A DNA stretch of 62,970 nucleotides, the filler included. It is 14 parts of 14 records of this genome, joined end to end, with 100 filler letters (N's around TTAATTAATTAA, not from the genome) between each part and the next. Parts side by side here need not be neighbours in the genome. Positions count along the whole stretch, not along the records: positions 55,230 to 59,855 come from SRR15195285_7078; positions 59,956 to 62,970 come from SRR15195285_7080; 12 more parts are not named here. One strand, written 5' to 3'. This document shows, piece after piece, positions 59,219 to 62,970 of the stretch. The position numbers and the translations under genes are program-made. Every line of letters starts with the position of its first letter. Position 1 is the first letter of the stretch. Below the pieces are notes generated by a model. That model worked only from the letters and a program-made list of their open reading frames with translations, did no database searches and had not been told where the DNA came from.

Positions 59219-59855
59219 AGGGTTCCGCATATGGGGCGCGCGCAGCGTGCAGATAAACGGGTGCGTGCTTCGCCGCAAGCCTCCCCAGGTCGATGTGGCG
59301 GCACCGGCGACGCAGGCACGCAGCCACGGCGTCTAATCTACAATTCATTGGTCTACATAGTATAGTGACATACTATTTACTAGTACAGCTGTATGGTAGC
59401 TGGCGGCACGCGATGGCCACGTCAAGTATACTGGTACATACATGTAGTACTAGTACATGTACTATTGATAGTAGTACATGTGCCGGTACCGGTACGTACT
59501 GTACCGGTACTCGAGTATGCTACTATTGATAGTACTATTTAGTGAATTGGTACTCTGAGACGTGATCAAGAGTACTCTCCAATGAGCTCGGCGTAGCGAC
59601 TACGATCGAGCAGGGCGAAAACCGTACTAGCTAGAGATGTTCCGGTATGGCTACCCAGTACTATATCTGAATACATATCAAAATTCGGCATTTCCAGCTC
59701 AGCTACGCTCATATATACAACCCCGTTATAATTTGTGTTATTGGCAGGGATTGAGTCTGGCGGTCCTTCATTTTGAATGATCATCCGTTTGTGGCGGTTT
59801 CCACTCTTATAAGCGGAAACCGCCGCAAACGGCGCCATAGGGCCCCCGGTGGCGC

Positions 59856-59955
59856 NNNNNNNNNNNNNNNNNNNNNNNNNNNNNNNNNNNNNNNNNNNNT
59901 TAATTAATTAANNNNNNNNNNNNNNNNNNNNNNNNNNNNNNNNNNNNNNNNNNNN
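59856..59955. other. Artificial contig spacer
   Basis: N44-TTAATTAATTAA-N44. Confidence 0.99.
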
Positions 59956-62900
59956 GCATGCGAGCAGTCTACCGATCTCGCAGCGAAGTTATGTATCACG
60001 TCGGTGCCGCGGAGCCGCCAGCTCCTACCAACAAGACTACGACCAACACGGCCGCACCGATGCCTGGCGAGATAGCGACCAGCGAAGTGTCTCGTTCTCA
60101 CACAGTAGGCCTGGGTGATGATGCCGCAGCATTCCTGGACGCTACCAATGCAGAGTTGCCCGCAGAATCGCCCGCGATGACGGCTTCGCATGCAGAGTCC
60201 ACGATGCCGGTCAGCACAACGACTGTTTTCACGGACAACTTGGGCAGGAGCCAAGTCAACGCGAACGATTGGGAAGAATTGTGGACCAAACTGCAGAGAC
60301 AAGGCTGGGAACACAAGCTGGTTCAGTATGCAGATCAAAAGCGAAGTTACTACCTGCTCCCGGCCGGCCAAGTCATCAAAGCCTCATGCCGAAAACGCAG
60401 AGGTCTACAACACTCGGAAGCTAAAGACGGCAGCATGCGAGCCACCTATCGAACCCGTAGCGAAGTGATGTACCACGTCGGCACCGCAGAGCCTCCCAAC
60501 AGCAAGGCGAATTTGCCGGCGCCGTTGCTCAGCGAGCGAGACATCGGCAAATCACCGTCGTCTTGCGAAGCGTGTGCAGATGATGATGATGATTCTCACA
60601 TCAAATTTTCTCCTTTTGACGAAGAAGAAGAAACGGGGCAATGGGAACGCCTGCAGGACTTTCTCGGCCGTGCAAGCTCCCGCCTGCGTTGCAGAAAATC
60701 ATTGACAAACTACCTATGCTTGCACGGACCTGCTGTGAACACATCCATGGAACTGCTTCGAGATGTCAATACCGGCCGACCATCGCTTCCGGGAGAAGTT
60801 TTCCCTGTCAGGGGGCACAAATCACTTGAGCCTGGAACCCGCGTTGATGTGTTGAGTACTGATACGAACTCCGTCTTAACAGGGACTGTATCGCTGCGGG
60901 ACTCGTCTGGAGGGGCAGACTTCGATGTAACATTTGATTCGGGAGGTACCTGCAGCATAATTCCTGGCCAGACACAGTTCGCGATTCGCGGTAATGAATC
61001 CACACTGCCGAAGATGGAAGACGGTAGCGAAATCGATGCGCTGGACTGCTGTGGTACGCAACGTGATTGAAACGCCACATTTGTTCCCTGCGTACCGCTA
61101 TGTTGATTGTTGGAGTATTGTCGCAGGATACTGGCTGGCTGCGAAGGTCCTATCATGCCAATCTGATTGTGTGTGTGTCCATTTTGTCGGTTGGTCGTCG
61201 AAGTACGACGAGACTATCCCATCGAGCTCGGGTCGACTTGCTGTCCGCGGGACCAAAGTACCCCTACCGGTGCGGCCCAAGCGGAAGGTAGTACCTGCTG
61301 GGCAATCCACTGCCGTCCATCCGCCTATCGCGCGACAGAAGGTGCGGTTGGATACATGCACTGCAGACTTGTCAGACAATGGTGAGATTGCGGAAGAAGG
61401 CGGTGTTGGAAACAGTGGTGATCACACTGTGTCTACACCGGTTGGTGTTATCGCTCTTGGTGACTGCCTTGTACTGAAACCCAGCAATCGTGGAGCAACT
61501 GATGAGCTGTGCACGGTGTCCAGCATCTCACACAACGCAGTGGAGGTGAAATGCTCGTGGACAGGGCGAACAAAGACTATCAACGTCAAAGACCTTACAA
61601 CAGCTCGTGTGACGACGTTCACTACACCAGACAAGCCATCCACACATGAGAGCTCGGATAAGGTGGACAAAACATCAGGACTGTTTCTAGCGCAAGAATG
61701 GTCAGATCTCGTGCCTACCCGACAGTATCTACCTACTTGTCAGTATGCGCGAGATGCTGAGCGACTCATTGCTGAGGTAAACGCCAACAATCCCCCAAAG
61801 AAAGGGGTCACGTATGGTACGTCCACTCTTCATACCGAATCAGCTGTCAATTGTTGCACACCCAGACACTTTGTCTGCCTGACATATCTGTATGCATGTT
61901 CATCAGCTGAAAGCGTGTACAAGTCAATAACTCCGCCGAAGGCTATCAAGGAAGCACTGAGTAACCCAGCACGTCTCGGCACGTTGGTGGGAATAGGAGA
62001 GATCACTGATTCGTGCGATATCATCTTCCATTCCGCCAGCGCTTCTCACCTTTTACCTATGAATGAGAGCTGATGATTTGATGTACTGTACTATTCGAAT
62101 ATAATCCAGAGAGCACCCGGTCAAGCAGCATGCTGTCAGCACAGGTAGAAACGAGCCTGTGTATTGTGGTTATGCAAAGCAGAATCTTCCGCAATATACC
62201 GTTCTTGGTGAGCACACGCTGCGATACCACCTGCTGGTATTCAAGTGCTCTCCTACGTGCATATTGGTGGTCTGAACTTCCGCGAATTGCTGCGGCCTAC
62301 AGGCGAATACACCGGGATGGTACAGCGTGAGATGCTGATGAAGCAGCAGGAAAACAATCGCATGTGCACAACAGGATCTCCTCCCGAGGGCTACAACTAT
62401 ACCTACGCTGGTGGCTGTAAGAACAACTATCCAAACAAATTGGGCACACGGCAACCTACACTCCTGTCGTTATGACTGTTTCTCGGTGCGTGTTGGCAGA
62501 TGAGAAACTGGGCGTGGATGGTTATCATGCTGGAAACGAATTGCGCTACATCAACGATTTTCGCTCTGACGTCTTGAACTTTGACGACGATACAAAGCAA
62601 ACTCAATCACCCAATGTCGAAGTCACACAGGTCTATGTCGATGGATTCCCGCATGTGATTCTAATAACTTCGGAGGAAATCGCGGCGCACACTGAGTTAC
62701 TGTGTGATTATGGCGATGACTTGTAAGATTTTGCCCGTTTGCAGTCGAGATGTCATTCATCTAACAACAACTGACGCGCGTATTTGGGTATTGCTGTCCT
62801 CTATTCTGGCGCATGGCGCAATGCGCTACTGCAGCTGGGAACAATACATTTCTTCGGTTGACAGCGCAAAAAAATTTGCAGAGCAGCACAAAAAACAGGA

Positions 62901-62970
62901 AGAGACGAGTGCAGCGCTTGCACAGGCACAGGTGAAGATTGCGGAGCTACAAGCAGCTCTACAAGCTATG
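59956..62970 (+). CDS. SET-domain lysine methyltransferase with repeated MBD-like and Tudor/chromo-barrel-like domains (truncated at both ends)
   Basis: GWEHK...YYLLPAG...YRTRSEVMYHV, whose 3' half is duplicated. Royal-family-like IDALDCC|GYWLAAKV...VHFVGWSSKYDE. SET motifs GEYTG, GNELRYIND and ELLCDYGDD|FW across introns. Confidence 0.8.

Noticed and set aside
59566-59838. 90-aa ORF as a protein-coding gene
   Set aside because: Codon composition is atypical and it overlaps the hairpin element; no family is recognisable.
3918-59955. Regularly recurring TTAATTAATTAA motif as a biological repeat, and gene clustering across it
   Set aside because: It is always centred in exactly 44+44 Ns, so it is a concatenation spacer. 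Genes on either side are not shown to be linked, so I inferred no cross-contig system.

Overview
This is not one continuous locus. It is 14 unlinked contigs of about 3-8 kb, joined by 13 identical 100-nt artificial spacers (N44-TTAATTAATTAA-N44). The DNA is GC-rich and eukaryotic, with short GT-AG spliceosomal introns, KDEL and SKL targeting signals and chromatin proteins. It is most consistent with a binned genome of a protist rich in secreted carbohydrate-active enzymes; the lineage cannot be fixed from the sequence alone. Most real genes are split across several ORF-track entries, so I rebuilt the exons by hand. Recognisable genes: a DEK-C + TFIIS-N protein; a type I membrane protein (EF-hand, fibrinogen-like, kringle, TM, SH3); an LCM-family methyltransferase; a divergent GH32; a CsgA-like SDR; GH20; a peroxisomal PhyH-like dioxygenase with an HxA motif; a GH141-like beta-helix protein; ClpP; tRNA-Arg(CCT); an XLF/NHEJ1 homolog; GH31; acyltransferase-3; a putative tail-anchored PP1 targeting subunit; a DDT/WHIM/bromo/PHD chromatin factor; an acylated IQ + importin-alpha-like protein; a LamG protein; an unclassified GH-like protein; a four-thioredoxin PDI with an ARMET-C module; an AmiE-like serine hydrolase; an LRR-EGF surface protein; and an MBD-like/Tudor/SET protein. 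I see no CRISPR array, operon-like system or autonomous transposon. The best novelty candidates are single-gene domain architectures and catalytic-motif substitutions, because neighbourhoods across the spacers carry no meaning. All family calls come from motif recognition by eye, not database searches.
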